DNA of 64,000 nucleotides from positions 124,001 through 188,000 of IMG/VR virus record IMGVR_UViG_3300017917_001342; one strand, 5' to 3'. Within the stretch, counting starts at the first letter, position 1. Each line of letters starts with the position of its first letter. The position numbers and the translations under genes were made by a program. Shown piece after piece: positions 62,238 to 64,000 of this stretch. The notes beneath the pieces are model-generated. The model ran no database searches and was not told the origin of the DNA. It saw only the letters and a program-made list of their open reading frames with translations.

Positions 62238-64000
62238 ATGCAATTTCTGATTTCGGGTCGCGAAGTTCTTGAACGTAACAAAGACTTTAAACTAGTAGGA
62301 CGCGACAACGATCTCAAGCGTTTGTCCTCGGTACTGATGCGGACCAAAGCCGCATCAGTAATCCTAGTTGGTCCTGGCGGTGTAGGTGTTACTGCACTGT
62401 GCATGGGGCTACAAGCTGCTAAAGAAGATCCTAACGTTGCCTTTGACATTGTTAGCAAGCGTATCTTCTGGCTTAAAACAGATGAACTGTTTGGCCAAGG
62501 CAATATGGAAGCTATCAACAAAGGCTTTACCAGTGTTCTAAATATTCTCAAACGTACACCTGATAGTATCCTTGTAATTGAAGACACTCGTGATTTTATC
62601 GAAGCTGCTCGCAACAACGGTTGCAGCCACTTTATCAACGGTCTTAACTCTGTAGTAAAGAATGGTGAAAGTCAGGTTATTCTTGAAGCAAAAGATCAAG
62701 ACTTGGATATGATCTTTGCTGCACACAGCGACATGCGTCAATGCTACACTATGATTGACATCAGCGAACCGTTTGGTAATGATCTCAAAGAGATTGTAAA
62801 AACAAATGCTGCATCACTTGAACAGCATCACGGTATTCGTATTGAGCCGGATGCTATTGATACTGCAATTGATCTTACAAACAAGTATCGTACTCGTGAT
62901 GCTAGCCTTAGTCGTGCTCAACCAGAACGCAGCTATAACCTGCTAGACCGTGCTCTTGCAACATATCGTCTTGAAGCACATAAGCGTCATCCAAAGATTG
63001 ATCTGCTGCTCAGCAAAGGTGTGCCAGCTGATTCTGCTGAAATTCTTCAACTAGAAACTGAGTTTGCAAAAACTCAAGCTAGGATTAAAGAACTCTACAA
63101 TCTACAGCGTGAAGGCGAGATTGCAGTGATCAACCTAGAAGAGCAAATTGCTAAGCAAAAGCAACTAGATGACGAAGCTGCTGCTCGTGGTGAAACAGTA
63201 GAAGAAGAGCAGCCACAGCGTCGTATTCAAATGTTCAGCAGTGTTGCTAAAGCTGCGGGCTTTGAAAGCGCAAAAGTTCGTGCGCTGCGTGAAGAAGTTC
63301 GTCGCTTCCAAGCAGTGATCAACGAAAATCGTGCAGAGTTTGATGTGCTTACAGAAGCTATCAACGAACAACTGTGTCTTACCAAAGACATTGTGCTTGC
63401 AGAGTTTAGTCGTTTGAGCGGTATCCCTGCTAACAAGCTAAACGAAGATGAACGCGAAAAACTGCGTAATCTTGAAGCTACACTAAATGGTCGTGTGTTT
63501 GGTCAAAGCACAGTTATTGCTAAGATTGCCAATGCTATCAAAGTTGCACGTATTGGTCGTCGCAATGGTAACAAGCCGCAGGCTAGCTTCTTGATCATGG
63601 GCCCAAGTGGTACTGGTAAGACTGAAGTCTGTAAAGCACTGGCACATGCACTGAAAGATGATGAAGCTGCACTTACTCGCTTTGACATGAGTGAATACAT
63701 GGAAAAGCACAGTGTTGCTAAACTGATTGGTGCACCTGCAGGTTACGAAGGCAGCGAGCGCGGTGGTATTCTTACCAACGCAATGCGTCAGAATCCAAAC
63801 CGTATCATTCTGTTTGATGAAATTGAAAAAGCTGACCCCGCAGTGTTTGACCTGTTCCTACAGATTCTCAGTGATGGTCGACTGACTGATAACCATGGGC
63901 GTACTGTTAACTTCAGTGAGTCTATGATTATCATGACTACTAACATAGGGCAAACATTCTTCCTCAATGACAGCCTTAGCGATGAAGAAAGCGAACGTCT
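62238..64000 (+). CDS. clpB: ClpA/ClpB-family AAA+ chaperone, runs off window (absent from ORF track)
   Basis: LVGRD, degenerate GPGGVGVT, second domain GPSGTGKT, RFDMSEYMEKHSVAKLIGAPAGY, LFDEIEKA, DGRLTD. Confidence 0.88.
   Translation, partial: MQFLISGREVLERNKDFKLVGRDNDLKRLSSVLMRTKAASVILVGPGGVGVTALCMGLQAAKEDPNVAFDIVSKRIFWLKTDELFGQGNMEAINKGFTSVLNILKRTPDSILVIEDTRDFIEAARNNGCSHFINGLNSVVKNGESQVILEAKDQDLDMIFAAHSDMRQCYTMIDISEPFGNDLKEIVKTNAASLEQHHGIRIEPDAIDTAIDLTNKYRTRDASLSRAQPERSYNLLDRALATYRLEAHKRHPKIDLLLSKGVPADSAEILQLETEFAKTQARIKELYNLQREGEIAVINLEEQIAKQKQLDDEAAARGETVEEEQPQRRIQMFSSVAKAAGFESAKVRALREEVRRFQAVINENRAEFDVLTEAINEQLCLTKDIVLAEFSRLSGIPANKLNEDEREKLRNLEATLNGRVFGQSTVIAKIANAIKVARIGRRNGNKPQASFLIMGPSGTGKTEVCKALAHALKDDEAALTRFDMSEYMEKHSVAKLIGAPAGYEGSERGGILTNAMRQNPNRIILFDEIEKADPAVFDLFLQILSDGRLTDNHGRTVNFSESMIIMTTNIGQTFFLNDSLSDEESER

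Overview
Window from a large lytic (T4-like/jumbo) phage genome, nearly all genes on the + strand. The likely host is a proteobacterium, probably an alphaproteobacterium (inferred from tRNA-His with A73 and no G-1, a DUF1127 protein and a porin-like gene). 1-41 kb is a tRNA region with 48 recognisable tRNA genes covering all 20 amino acids, including an amber suppressor and Thr(AGT). Small ORFs, auxiliary metabolic genes (SbtA, alternative oxidase, iron permease, TerC) and four radical SAM genes are interleaved. 41-64 kb holds RNA-repair/phosphatase genes, MetK, UvsE, an aaRS-like/MazG pair, NAD salvage (NadM-Nudix + NAMPT) and a ClpB-like ATPase. The most striking signal lies between the annotated genes: a large set of non-canonical structured RNAs that imitate parts of the translation apparatus. 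These are (i) a near-verbatim copy of the 23S rRNA L11/GTPase-associated centre split by a ~150-nt structured insert (10056-10270), near a stand-alone L7/L12-CTD-like ORF; (ii) tandem circularly permuted tRNA-elbow modules (YrlA-like topology); (iii) CCA-ended tRNA-like RNAs with missing D arms, giant variable arms or anticodon-loop inserts; (iv) tRNA cores capping long helices; (v) a GOLLD-like RNA with embedded tRNA-like domains; and (vi) a six-copy internal-loop hairpin array. Three of the ncRNA units share a sigma70 promoter + hairpin + rrn-type boxA leader. All structures were derived by eye with no folding or database searches, and all functions are inference.
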